Source: Candidatus Woesearchaeota archaeon (GTDB taxonomy: Archaea > Nanobdellota > Nanobdellia > Pacearchaeales > GW2011-AR1). Taken from it: a DNA stretch of 64,000 nt. Both the position numbers and the translations under genes were made by a program. This document shows, piece after piece, positions 10,990 to 19,799 of the stretch. The stretch is taken from NCBI GenBank assembly GCA_964437555.1, contig CAYTHI010000001.1, positions 35,149-99,148 on the forward strand. Reading direction: 5' to 3'. The notes under the pieces were generated by a model. It was not told the origin of the DNA. It saw only the letters and a list, made by a program, of their open reading frames with translations, and did not search any database. Numbering within the stretch: position 1 is the stretch's first letter; each line of letters begins with the position of its first letter.

Positions 10990-11298
10990 TTATGCTGCCC
11001 CTCTTATAACAAAATCTTTCCTTGCATCAGCTCTGAAATAAAGTGCCCTGCCGTTTAATTTATGAGGCAAATCCATTCTCTCTACATAAACTCCTTTCCT
11101 CTTTAAAGAATCAATCATATTTTTAATACTGCTAGCATATCCAAAGGCATAGCCTTCAACAGTTCCTAAAACCTCTCTAAAAAAAACTACTGCCCCATTT
11201 AGTTTACCTACATGAAAATCTTCTAGGTCTTCTCCTTTATCTTTTATAAAATCAATAGCCGCATCAAGTGAAGAACAGCCTACCGGATTATTTGTCAT
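10990..11298 (-). CDS. hypothetical protein (102 aa) inserted between rps28e and rpl24e
   Basis: Clean ORF coupled to neighbours. No confident family assignment. Confidence 0.45.
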   Translation of the reverse strand: MTNNPVGCSSLDAAIDFIKDKGEDLEDFHVGKLNGAVVFFREVLGTVEGYAFGYASSIKNMIDSLKRKGVYVERMDLPHKLNGRALYFRADARKDFVIRGAA

Positions 11299-11299
11299 T

Positions 11300-11605
11300 T
11301 TAAACCTGCACCCCTTTTGTTATTTTTCCTCTGACTCTTCTGGCTTCAATTTCAGTTTCTCTCAATTTAAGATAATCTCCGACTCTGACAGGCCCTTTAA
11401 CATTTCTTCTCATTGTCTTTCCTTCATTCCTTCCTTCCAGAACTTTTACTTTTACTTGAGTTACTTCTCCTCTTGCCCCTGTCCTTGCATAAATCTCCTC
11501 AACTAATGCCAAAACAGGCTCTCCAACAGCCAAAGTATTCTTTAATGTGGTTGTCTGCTCGCCAGACTGGCTTTCCTTAACTCTTGGTTTTTTTCCGCCG
11601 CCCAT
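11300..11605 (-). CDS. rps28e: 30S ribosomal protein S28e (with N-terminal extension)
   Basis: '[47 protein letters not shown]' matches the S28e core. Confidence 0.85.
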   Translation of the reverse strand: MGGGKKPRVKESQSGEQTTTLKNTLAVGEPVLALVEEIYARTGARGEVTQVKVKVLEGRNEGKTMRRNVKGPVRVGDYLKLRETEIEARRVRGKITKGVQV

Positions 11606-11611
11606 GTTAAA

Positions 11612-11998
11612 TTACTTCTTAAGGTATGCAATGTCTTTCTCAGCATCGCCTGCCTCAATCACAGCAACTGCGGATGTAGGAACTGGAATGCCCACTGCAA
11701 TACCTAATTTTTGTTTAGAATCAACTTCCTGACAAGGGATTCCTTTTTCCTTGCATATGACTGGTATGTGCGCAACAATCTCTTTTGGAGAAACATCAGA
11801 AGCATAAGCAACAAACTTTGCAACACCCCTCTCTATCGCTTTGGTAACCTCGTTAGAACCTTTGTCTATCTTCCCAGTTTTGCGAGCTTTTTCAATAATA
11901 CCATAAACATCCATATTAACCTCCGCCGACACTAAAGCGTCATTGGTTAAGCTTTGATGAAAACTATGCTTTATAAACTTTGCCTTGAGATTTTGCAA
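11612..11998 (-). CDS. rpl7ae: 50S ribosomal protein L7Ae
   Basis: 'GVAKFVAYASDVSPKEIVAHIPVICKEKGIPCQEV' L7Ae/L30e fold signature. Confidence 0.88.
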   Translation of the reverse strand: MQNLKAKFIKHSFHQSLTNDALVSAEVNMDVYGIIEKARKTGKIDKGSNEVTKAIERGVAKFVAYASDVSPKEIVAHIPVICKEKGIPCQEVDSKQKLGIAVGIPVPTSAVAVIEAGDAEKDIAYLKK

Positions 11999-12212
11999 AG
12001 TTTATGCCAGAAAATAAAAATTTTCTAAGTATCAAAAAAACTTTAAGTTGTTAGTTTTTGGATGTCCAAGAAGTTGAGGAGACTTCTTGACATAAATCTT
12101 GCTCTGACAAAAATATTAAATTCTAATTGCGTTTAATTATTCAGGCTAAGCGGAGTTTCAGCGACAATTTTAACAAAAGAATATTTATAACATTGAAATA
12201 CTTATTTTTGGC

Positions 12213-12509
12213 ATGAACATACTATTTGAGGTCGTAGACAAAACAGGCCGAAATCTACGAATGACCGATTACAACTGGCAACATATTGTCAGAAGACATC
12301 CCGAGATAGCTTCTCAAAAAGAAAAGATAATAGAAACTCTCGAAAAACCAGATAAAATTACATATTCTCCAGATGACGAAGAAACTAAGTATTATTACAA
12401 ATACTACAAAAATCTGCCTTCTCCATGGATATTTGTGAGGGTAATAGCAAAATACTTAAACGGCGATGGATTTATAATATCATCACATTTTGTGAGAGCA
12501 ATACAATGA
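12213..12509 (+). CDS. putative toxin of a DUF4258-like family (TA pair with next gene)
   Basis: 98-aa protein. Its stop overlaps the start of the DUF2283-like partner (ATGA). Confidence 0.45.
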   Translation: MNILFEVVDKTGRNLRMTDYNWQHIVRRHPEIASQKEKIIETLEKPDKITYSPDDEETKYYYKYYKNLPSPWIFVRVIAKYLNGDGFIISSHFVRAIQ

Positions 12510-12763
12510 AAAATCAAGTAACATTTGATTTATATTATGATGAATTAGGAGATTTCTTAGAGATATCCTTCGGCCTTCCTCCTGAAACCGAATACACAGA
12601 AGACTTGGAAGAAGGCATTTTTGTAACTAAAGATAGAAAAACAAATGAGGTTAAAAGCATAGGAATAATTAGTTTCAAAAAAAGAGCTAAAGAAGCAATT
12701 TTGAAGAGAGTTCTGGAACGGCTCGGGATGTCTATTCCATTAGAAATAAGTATTTCTAAATAA
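12506..12763 (+). CDS. DUF2283-family putative antitoxin
   Basis: 'VTFDLYYDELGDFLEISFG' resembles the DUF2283 'Y-D-x-E-x-D-x-L-Y-I' pattern. The start is taken at an internal Met coupled to the upstream gene. Confidence 0.5.
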   Translation: MKNQVTFDLYYDELGDFLEISFGLPPETEYTEDLEEGIFVTKDRKTNEVKSIGIISFKKRAKEAILKRVLERLGMSIPLEISISK

Positions 12764-13007
12764 TAACTTGAAAGTTAGGCCAAATATCGTCTTTTACGAA
12801 AAAAGCTATTTGGAAAATTGAGATATTTGCCTTTTATTGGATATTAAGTGACTTTAGCACGAGCTGGCTGACGAAAAGCCCTCGTGTCTTGCAATTTGTT
12901 TGAAAATCGCCTTTGAGCGTGATTGACGGACTATCTTTGTATTTGGGAGGACTCGTTTTATGTTCTTACTTGATAAAGGTGACAATAGAAAGATTTGAAT
13001 AACCCTT

Positions 13008-13382
13008 ATGTTTGTAGAAAATATGACAAACGATAGAAACTCAGACAGAAGTGCAGAGGAAAGATTACTTTATAGTATGTTTCCAGAAATGAAGCCTTCT
13101 AAAGAAAGAATCCCTTATACTCCAGAACAATTAGAAAAAGCGAGAAGAAAAATAGGGAAAGTTTTGAGTACCTTGACGTATAGAGAAAGAGAAGTTCTTA
13201 AATTGCGTTATGGTTTAGGTGATGGATATGCATACACTTTAGGAGAAGTAGGAAAGACTTTCAACATAACTAGAGAAAGAATTAGACAAGTAGAGGCTAA
13301 AGCAATAAGAAAATTACAAAGTCCAGAAAGACGAGCAATATTAGAAAGTTTACTCGATGAACCTCCAAGTACTTCTCAATAA
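13008..13382 (+). CDS. standalone bacterial-type sigma-70 region 4 (4.1/4.2 HTH) domain protein
   Basis: '[63 protein letters not shown]' is near-colinear with RpoD region 4.2 ('LTxREAKVLRMRFGI...[28 protein letters not shown]...'). Regions 2 and 3 are absent. Confidence 0.7.
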   Translation: MFVENMTNDRNSDRSAEERLLYSMFPEMKPSKERIPYTPEQLEKARRKIGKVLSTLTYREREVLKLRYGLGDGYAYTLGEVGKTFNITRERIRQVEAKAIRKLQSPERRAILESLLDEPPSTSQ

Positions 13383-13759
13383 ATATTTATTAATTCTATA
13401 TTAATTCCTTGCGAAGCAAGACAATTTGTTTTTCTTCAGAAAAACCAAGCCCTCCCAATCCATCCCGTCAATTACGTTTAAACATCATTAAACCCAATCA
13501 ACAGGGCTATTTATCCGTCCGTTTAAGCGTAGCGAAAAGGCGTATTTTCAAATTTATCGAAGATAAACCTCTAATTTAGAAATAAAAATAAGAGGCAAAT
13601 TGCAAGTTCATTTAATACTTCTTAACCGCCCTTTTCACATCGAAAAGGAGGGTAAAGCGTAGGGAACCTTGGTGCCCTCGCGCGCGTTCGGCGCTTCGCG
13701 CCTCACAAATAAAAACCCGCAACAAATTTCTTGGGCTATTTAAATAAGACCCAAAAAAA

Positions 13760-14125
13760 TTATTTGACAAATTCAACACCTTCAGTATCTGAAAATTCCT
13801 TGTCTCCCGTCAAAAACTTTATCCCAAGCTTCTTTGACATTATATACCCAATGCAATCTGTAATTGAAACTCCTCTGTTCTTCCATTTTAATCTGAAAAG
13901 CATCGCTTCTTCTATCCATTCCGGCTTGACAGAATTAATATAATTAGAATATTTCCTTAAATTTTCCTTAGCCGATTTATCCTTATCCCTATAGAGACAA
14001 TAGCATAATTCAGCAAAAATAAAATTATTGATTATTATCTCTGAATCCAGATATTTCTCATACTCTTTATTGCCTCCGATAATCTCAATTATCGCATAAG
14101 TATCAAAAAGATATTTAGAGGTCAT
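13760..14125 (-). CDS. vapC: PIN-domain toxin VapC
   Basis: PIN acidic residues are in place ('LFDTYAI', 'FAEL', 'ITDCIGY', 'LTGDKEF'). Overlaps the upstream antitoxin gene by 11 nt. Confidence 0.75.
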   Translation of the reverse strand: MTSKYLFDTYAIIEIIGGNKEYEKYLDSEIIINNFIFAELCYCLYRDKDKSAKENLRKYSNYINSVKPEWIEEAMLFRLKWKNRGVSITDCIGYIMSKKLGIKFLTGDKEFSDTEGVEFVK

Positions 14126-14336
14126 AAAGTTCCTTGTCAGATTCTTTCATTAGTTTTTTTGCAGATTTAGAGAATTTGTGGGAGCCAAAAGTCTCGCGGA
14201 GCACATTTCCTTTCTTAACAAGAATTGCATCTATCTCTTCGCCTTCTTTCATTCCCTTATCTCTCAAAACTTCATGGGGAATAATTATTCCGTAAGAATT
14301 TCCCCATTTCCTTATCTTTGTCGTAAGTTCTGTCAT
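14115..14336 (-). CDS. vapB: AbrB/SpoVT-MazE-type antitoxin (VapB-like)
   Basis: 'KIRKWGNSYGIIIPHEVL' swapped-hairpin AbrB motif. Confidence 0.7.
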   Translation of the reverse strand: MTELTTKIRKWGNSYGIIIPHEVLRDKGMKEGEEIDAILVKKGNVLRETFGSHKFSKSAKKLMKESDKELYDL

Positions 14337-14361
14337 GTATATACCGTATATACGAAGCTAT

Positions 14362-14598
14362 TTAAAACTTTCTCTTATTTGCTTTCAAAAGACCAAGCTT
14401 CCTTAAATAATCCCGCGCTTTCTCATTAAAATCCCCGCCGTCTCCGAACTTCTTTCTGAAAATCTGCCTGCTCGCAATAATCTGGCTGTCAATCAGCATC
14501 TTATGCTGCCTGAAAAATTTATTATTTTCTTTAAGAGAATTAGCATAAAATTCAACATAGTCGCTGTCATTAATCGGTTTTTTTATGCTTTTTTTCAT
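14362..14598 (-). CDS. small hypothetical protein (78 aa), overlaps the 3' end of the NTase gene
   Basis: Basic protein with 29-nt overlap; last gene of a four-gene minus-strand operon. Confidence 0.35.
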   Translation of the reverse strand: MKKSIKKPINDSDYVEFYANSLKENNKFFRQHKMLIDSQIIASRQIFRKKFGDGGDFNEKARDYLRKLGLLKANKRKF

Positions 14599-15190
14599 TT
14601 TTTACCTCACTAAATATAACCTCGCCGGATTGTTTAAATCTTTCCTCGCTCAAAATAGCTGAAAAGAAATTCCTTAAATGCCTCGCATCCTCCATATCTT
14701 TTCTGCCCGCGAGAACAATTTCTTTATATAAAATCTCAAATTCCAGCATAGGTATCTTAAATTCAAAATCGCCCACTCTGATTTTCTGAAAATGCTCAAA
14801 TTCATACTTCTTGGCTCTCTTGCTTTCATTAAATGGCACAAGTTCTATATTAGGAAAAAGCTCCTTATTTCTGGCAAATCTTAAGCTGGTCATCTGCTCT
14901 AAATAAGAATAGGCGTCATTAAAATCTTCTCCCTGATAACACCAAAATCCTGCCTTCTGCAAATCGCCGAATAAATCTCCAAATTTTTCTTTCTGTATTG
15001 AAGGAAATAAGATATCCACATCTTCAGTTGCTCTTGTTCTCCCTGTTGATATGCTGACGTATCCGCTTACAACAAGATAGTCGCTGTGCTTCTTTAAAAC
15101 TTCAAGAAAATCCTTCGCAAATAAATCGAGCTCGTTTAGGTCTCTTTCAATAATAATGACACCGTTAATTATTTTGTACCCTTTTTCCAT
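14570..15190 (-). CDS. nucleotidyltransferase-fold protein (pol-beta/MNT superfamily; possible AbiEii-like toxin)
   Basis: 'VVSGYVSISTGRTRATEDVDILF' matches the hG[GS]x9-13DxD NTase motif. Confidence 0.55.
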   Translation of the reverse strand: MEKGYKIINGVIIIERDLNELDLFAKDFLEVLKKHSDYLVVSGYVSISTGRTRATEDVDILFPSIQKEKFGDLFGDLQKAGFWCYQGEDFNDAYSYLEQMTSLRFARNKELFPNIELVPFNESKRAKKYEFEHFQKIRVGDFEFKIPMLEFEILYKEIVLAGRKDMEDARHLRNFFSAILSEERFKQSGEVIFSEVKNEKKHKKTD

Positions 15191-15271
15191 AAAATAATAT
15201 AATCAGGTAATATAAAAAGTTTTATCTCCATCCCGCATCAACGTCATCCGTTTTTTCCCTAAGAATTATAC

Positions 15272-15853
15272 CTATTTCAAAGCATTATTTACTTTCTTCT
15301 TAAATTTCTCCGGGTATCTTTTCAAATATTCTTTAAGCTTCTTTTTATCAATTTTTTCCCTGAAAGTATCAATAACTTCCCTGTCCAAAGGCTGCCTGAA
15401 ATAAATCATGTCAATAAATGTTTTTTCAACATCAGAATAAGGAAAATAGAAGTCCCCGTCTTTGTAGTATTCAAAACCAAAAATATATTTTTTGTCTATT
15501 CTCCTAATAAACACGTTCCTATCAAAAATCTTCCTTATTCCTTTTCTCAGATTTCTCGTTGTAACAACAATAGGGTTTGTTTCCTGCTCCCATAAATTAT
15601 GAAAGCTCATTGCATTTTGCAAACCCAGATAAGAAGGCTTAAAACAAAAAACAATCAAAGAAGGATCGTCATAAATGCTATAAAAACCCTTAGTTATTTT
15701 TCTAATTTCGCCTTTCTTCAGTAAATTATTAATAAGCAAGTAAATGTAATCTTTATTCTTTTTTTTAATAAATTTCTTTAACGATTGAATATCAACAACA
15801 GGGCTTTTTTTAAAAAATCTCCTGATATCATTAATATACTTTATTTTACCCAT
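15272..15853 (-). CDS. AbiEi-like type IV TA antitoxin / transcriptional regulator
   Basis: N-terminal wHTH 'LLKKGEIRKITKGFYSI' and C-terminal 'SYLGLQNAMSFHNL...NPIVVTT' resemble the AbiEi/COG5340 architecture. Confidence 0.55.
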   Translation of the reverse strand: MGKIKYINDIRRFFKKSPVVDIQSLKKFIKKKNKDYIYLLINNLLKKGEIRKITKGFYSIYDDPSLIVFCFKPSYLGLQNAMSFHNLWEQETNPIVVTTRNLRKGIRKIFDRNVFIRRIDKKYIFGFEYYKDGDFYFPYSDVEKTFIDMIYFRQPLDREVIDTFREKIDKKKLKEYLKRYPEKFKKKVNNALK

Positions 15854-16491
15854 CTTTTTATCCCCATTAAAAGCTCATTTGAGTTAGGAACAGCTCCAAT
15901 AATAATTATGCTTGATAAATTTGCTTCGTCTTTTGGCTTTTCATAATTTCTGATTAATTTATTTAAAGAAGCTTCAACTAATTTTCTGTTTTCCACATAG
16001 TTAAGCAAAAAATAAATATCATATAAATCTCTTATCTTTTTCCTTTTAAGATATGTTTCAACTTTTTCTAATACCAAGTCTTCTGGGCTTAAAGTATACA
16101 CGTTAATAAAAAAGCTTTCAGAAGTTTCATATTTTTTTGAGAAAGGTTTTTTGCTTTGAAAAGTTGCCTCAAATTTTGTTGCAATATTGTTAAAGTCTAA
16201 TTCAGAATAAATTGAATTTTCCTTTATTCTTTTTTTTATTATTTTAAATCCTTTTGCTTCCAGTGACTTAAAAAATTCTTCAATTTTATTCAAATCTCTG
16301 TTTATATAAACGTCAACATCTTCTGAAAACCTGTTTCCATTATAGCACCTCCATATGCCGGTTCCGCCGTGAATTATAGCATTAGGAAAGAACTTATAGA
16401 GTTCTCCGACAATTATATCCTGGGCATAAGCTATTTCTCTCTCTGATTTCTTTTTCAATTTTAAACTTAGAGGGATATTAACCATTTTCAA
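15841..16491 (-). CDS. AbiEii/DUF1814-like nucleotidyltransferase toxin
   Basis: 'IIHGGTGIWRCYNGNRFSEDVDVYI' matches the GGT...R.SeDiD NTase motif. Overlaps the AbiEi start by 13 nt. Confidence 0.6.
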   Translation of the reverse strand: MKMVNIPLSLKLKKKSEREIAYAQDIIVGELYKFFPNAIIHGGTGIWRCYNGNRFSEDVDVYINRDLNKIEEFFKSLEAKGFKIIKKRIKENSIYSELDFNNIATKFEATFQSKKPFSKKYETSESFFINVYTLSPEDLVLEKVETYLKRKKIRDLYDIYFLLNYVENRKLVEASLNKLIRNYEKPKDEANLSSIIIIGAVPNSNELLMGIKRWVK

Positions 16492-16571
16492 TAATCTACC
16501 AAAGTTATATATATCTATAAGTTGGGTAACTTATAAATCTTTCGCCCTAAGAGGATTAAGGACATTAAATC

Positions 16572-17558
16572 TCATCTCCAAGTCACAAGAACGTCATCCG
16601 TCCTCTCTCTCGGCTTAATATCCACTTTATATGCCTTCATCTTAATCCCCGCATTATACATTATCTCGCCAGTAAATGCAATCATTGCTGCATTATCCAA
16701 AAGGAATTCTTTAGCAGGACAAAAGCACTTTGCTCCTCTTTCCTCGCACATTATCCTGCACATTTCCTGCAATCTTGCGTTGCAAGCAACCCCTCCGCCT
16801 AAAACCAATTCGCACTTTCCTGTGTGCGCCAATGCCCGTTCAGCAGCTTCAACAAGCATTGCAAAAGCTGTTTCCTGAATTGAAAAAGACAAATCCTCAA
16901 TCCTTTTGCCTTTATCATACAATTGCTTTGTCTTTGTAAGCATGCCTGAAAAACTTACGTCCATGCCTTTTATTGAATACGGCAGTTCAATATAACGATT
17001 AGATTGCTTTGCTTTCTGTTCAATAACAAGCCCGCCTGGAAAAGGAATTCCGCAATGCCTTGCAAAAGTATCAATAAAATTTCCTATTCCTAAATCCAAG
17101 GTTTCTCCGAAAACCCGGTATTTGCCTGCGGCAAAAGCAATTATCTGCGTGTTTGCGCCGGAAGCATAAAGCAAAACAGGATCTTTGGCGCCCTCGTGTT
17201 GTCCGATTTCTAAATGCGCAATGCAGTGATTAACAGGTATTAGCGGAATCTTTAATTCTTCTGCTTTCTTCTTCGCAAATCTTAATCCTTCCAATAAACA
17301 TGGAGCTAATCCGGGCGCATTTGAAATTGCAATTGCATCAATATCTTTCTCGCTAACTTCTGCCTTTTCTAATGCTTCTTCATAGATAATTTCTGCGACA
17401 TCGCGATGATGCTTAGCAGAATCCATTGGGATAATTCCTCCCTTCAAAGGTTTATACATATCCCTTACATTTGCAAGAATCTTTCCCTTATTCACAATTC
17501 CAACTCCGAATGTGTGAGCAGTGCATTCTATGCCGAGTATCATTAAATAAAAAGACAA
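16572..17558 (-). CDS. kae1: tRNA N6-adenosine threonylcarbamoyltransferase Kae1
   Basis: 'ILGIECTAHTFGVGIV', 'HCIAHLE' and 'GGGVACNARL' are Kae1/TsaD motifs. Confidence 0.9.
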   Translation of the reverse strand: MSFYLMILGIECTAHTFGVGIVNKGKILANVRDMYKPLKGGIIPMDSAKHHRDVAEIIYEEALEKAEVSEKDIDAIAISNAPGLAPCLLEGLRFAKKKAEELKIPLIPVNHCIAHLEIGQHEGAKDPVLLYASGANTQIIAFAAGKYRVFGETLDLGIGNFIDTFARHCGIPFPGGLVIEQKAKQSNRYIELPYSIKGMDVSFSGMLTKTKQLYDKGKRIEDLSFSIQETAFAMLVEAAERALAHTGKCELVLGGGVACNARLQEMCRIMCEERGAKCFCPAKEFLLDNAAMIAFTGEIMYNAGIKMKAYKVDIKPRERTDDVLVTWR

Positions 17559-17841
17559 TTTGGGTATAAAAAACTAATCAAACTATTAATATTGATTATT
17601 TCTTTTTGCTTAAAAATCTAATAAACTTAGATTTTACAATTATGGATAATTCTGTTGATTAGAGCATAAATTTTCAGAATTATACATTAGAGAATTCTGG
17701 ACAAAAAGTATCATAATTATCAGAATTCTCTATAAGTATCATAAAATTATGACAAGCAGAGCAATACCTATCCTTTTCCACTTATCAATAATAGTCAAAT
17801 AAAACCCAATTAAAAATAAAAAAATAATAATATTCCTTTAA

Positions 17842-17991
17842 TTATCTTCTCTTGCGACGATGATGCTTGGATGCCTTCTTCTTCCTGCCGCCTCTGGCCA
17901 TTACTGCTTCACAAACATTGCCTTGCGAGTCAACGTAGTAAAGATATCCAGACTTCCTCTGCACAATATTCTTTGCAATTACTCTTCCCAT
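17842..17991 (-). CDS. small basic protein (49 aa), unannotated sub-threshold ORF
   Basis: MGRVIAKNIVQRKSGYLYYVDSQGNVCEAVMARGGRKKKASKHHRRKRR. It ends in a Lys/Arg tail and sits in an otherwise empty ~480-nt gap. Confidence 0.3.
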   Translation of the reverse strand: MGRVIAKNIVQRKSGYLYYVDSQGNVCEAVMARGGRKKKASKHHRRKRR

Positions 17992-18037
17992 TTTTTACCT
18001 CCTTTTTCCTGTTAATTAGTAAAATTCATCGACGTAT

Positions 18038-18406
18038 TTAAACTTTTCCATGTTTCCCGACGAAAAACTCAATAATTCTGACATTTTTGTCATTAATGGG
18101 AACTTCCAAAAACTTTCGGTATTTTTTCCCGTGATTAACAGAAAAAGTAAATGGCCTCACAATTTTATAATCCAATACTTTGTTTTTTTCATCAAGCCAC
18201 ACGATTAAAAAATCAAAAAAGACAAACAAAGAAGTTATTTTTATATTCACATCCTTACTAAATTCAAAAATTAAATTCTCCGTCTTCCTGGATTTAAACA
18301 TGAGCCCAAAAATCCTTGATATAAAAGAAACTTTTTTAGCGTCAATTCTAATCTTCTTTCCGCGATAATTTATAGGAAATTTCATAATCTTTTGAAAATA
18401 AGACAA
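18038..18406 (-). CDS. DUF192-family protein
   Basis: 'GLMF' motif and ~120-aa size. Confidence 0.5.
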   Translation of the reverse strand: MSYFQKIMKFPINYRGKKIRIDAKKVSFISRIFGLMFKSRKTENLIFEFSKDVNIKITSLFVFFDFLIVWLDEKNKVLDYKIVRPFTFSVNHGKKYRKFLEVPINDKNVRIIEFFVGKHGKV

Positions 18407-18409
18407 AAA

Positions 18410-18733
18410 TTAAATGTCAGCCATTTCAGATTTTATCTTTGAGACTTTATTCATCTTGTCAGCAACCCTGTCAATCTTTGTCTGCAAATTCTTCTTTCTC
18501 TGATTCAGCTGAGCTTCTTTCTCAATCAGGGCTGCAATCTTATTCTGAAGTTCTTTTTCCTTTTCCCTGTCAACATCTATTGCAGAGCCTGTGCTTTGTA
18601 TCTGCGACTTCAATTCAGACTTTTCCCTGGAAAGCTTTCCAATCTCAAGCTCCAAATCCCTCATAGCTCCCGACAAGGGAGACTTAGCAGGTCTCATGGA
18701 AGAACTTTTTTTGGCACCGCGCCTCTTTTTCAT
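18410..18733 (-). CDS. coiled-coil hypothetical protein
   Basis: Heptad-rich Lys/Glu sequence. Confidence 0.4.
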   Translation of the reverse strand: MKKRRGAKKSSSMRPAKSPLSGAMRDLELEIGKLSREKSELKSQIQSTGSAIDVDREKEKELQNKIAALIEKEAQLNQRKKNLQTKIDRVADKMNKVSKIKSEMADI

Positions 18734-18755
18734 TAACCCTCTAAATCATTATTAT

Positions 18756-19799
18756 TTATAAACGTTTCTTTAACTTTTTTATAAGGGCATTTATATCCTT
18801 AAGGTCACTGCGATAAGTCTGGCTCTTAATATATCCTTTGTCAAAAGCTTCCTTTAGCAGGGATTTTTGGTATTCAAGCTTATTAATTCTCTTATTTATT
18901 CCCTGATAATCAACATCCTTTATATTGCCGATTTTCTTACGCCAGTTTTTAGAGCTGATAATAAGCCTCCTTTTCCAGTAATAATTTACTATAACAAAAG
19001 AAACCATTAAAACAAATAAGATAATAATTGCAAAAAGCGTTATAGAACTGCCATATAACTCGTAAAATGCTTTATCAGTTATAAGAAATTCAGAAGAGCT
19101 TGTTCCTATGAATCCTGTAGCTTTATCGCTGACAAGAGCATAAGCAATATACTCTCCCTTACCAGCATTGTTCGGAATAACAAAGCTTTTCTTTACTTCT
19201 GCCTGCGTTTTGACAAACAAGTCCTGCTCTTCACTGAACAAAATTTTGCCTTCAAAATCCTTGACTTCAAAAAGCAAATGAACATCACCTTCTCTAAGGT
19301 TTAAATTTAATATTTTAATTTTCACCTCAAACTCGTCTCCTGACGGCACTCTTGCAAACCTTGGGGCAATCTCTGTTATTGCATCAAAATAAACACTCTG
19401 GCTTTCAACTTCAAAGATTACAGGAAGGATATAAGATTTATCAGAAGAAGATACATTGATTTCGCCCGTATAAACTCCCTCTGTCAAGTTCTGGCTGCTT
19501 AGAACAACATCAAAAGTCTTTTCCTCTCCGCCTTCTAAAAAGATATCCCTAATTCCTTCATCAATAAAATTGCCTTCCGAATAATAGGTTATAAAAAAAA
19601 TATCATCTCCTCCTGTATTTAATAAAGTTACCGGAAAAGTTACAGATTCTCCTGAATGGATTGAGCTCTTTATGCTGAGACTGCTAAGCTCAAACTCGCT
19701 TGCTCCCACAAAAGATGAAAGCATAAATACCAGCATGACAAATAAAAAACTTTTTAATGACAATTTATCTTCCTCTCTTATATTTAGTATATTTTCCAA
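18756..19799 (-). CDS. surface protein with N-terminal signal peptide and C-terminal TM anchor plus cytoplasmic tail
   Basis: N-terminal hydrophobic signal peptide, then a beta-rich ectodomain with NxS/T sequons. C-terminal 'LFAIIILFVLMVSFVIVNYYWKRRL' TM and a 70-aa basic tail. Confidence 0.55.
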   Translation of the reverse strand: MENILNIREEDKLSLKSFLFVMLVFMLSSFVGASEFELSSLSIKSSIHSGESVTFPVTLLNTGGDDIFFITYYSEGNFIDEGIRDIFLEGGEEKTFDVVLSSQNLTEGVYTGEINVSSSDKSYILPVIFEVESQSVYFDAITEIAPRFARVPSGDEFEVKIKILNLNLREGDVHLLFEVKDFEGKILFSEEQDLFVKTQAEVKKSFVIPNNAGKGEYIAYALVSDKATGFIGTSSSEFLITDKAFYELYGSSITLFAIIILFVLMVSFVIVNYYWKRRLIISSKNWRKKIGNIKDVDYQGINKRINKLEYQKSLLKEAFDKGYIKSQTYRSDLKDINALIKKLKKRL

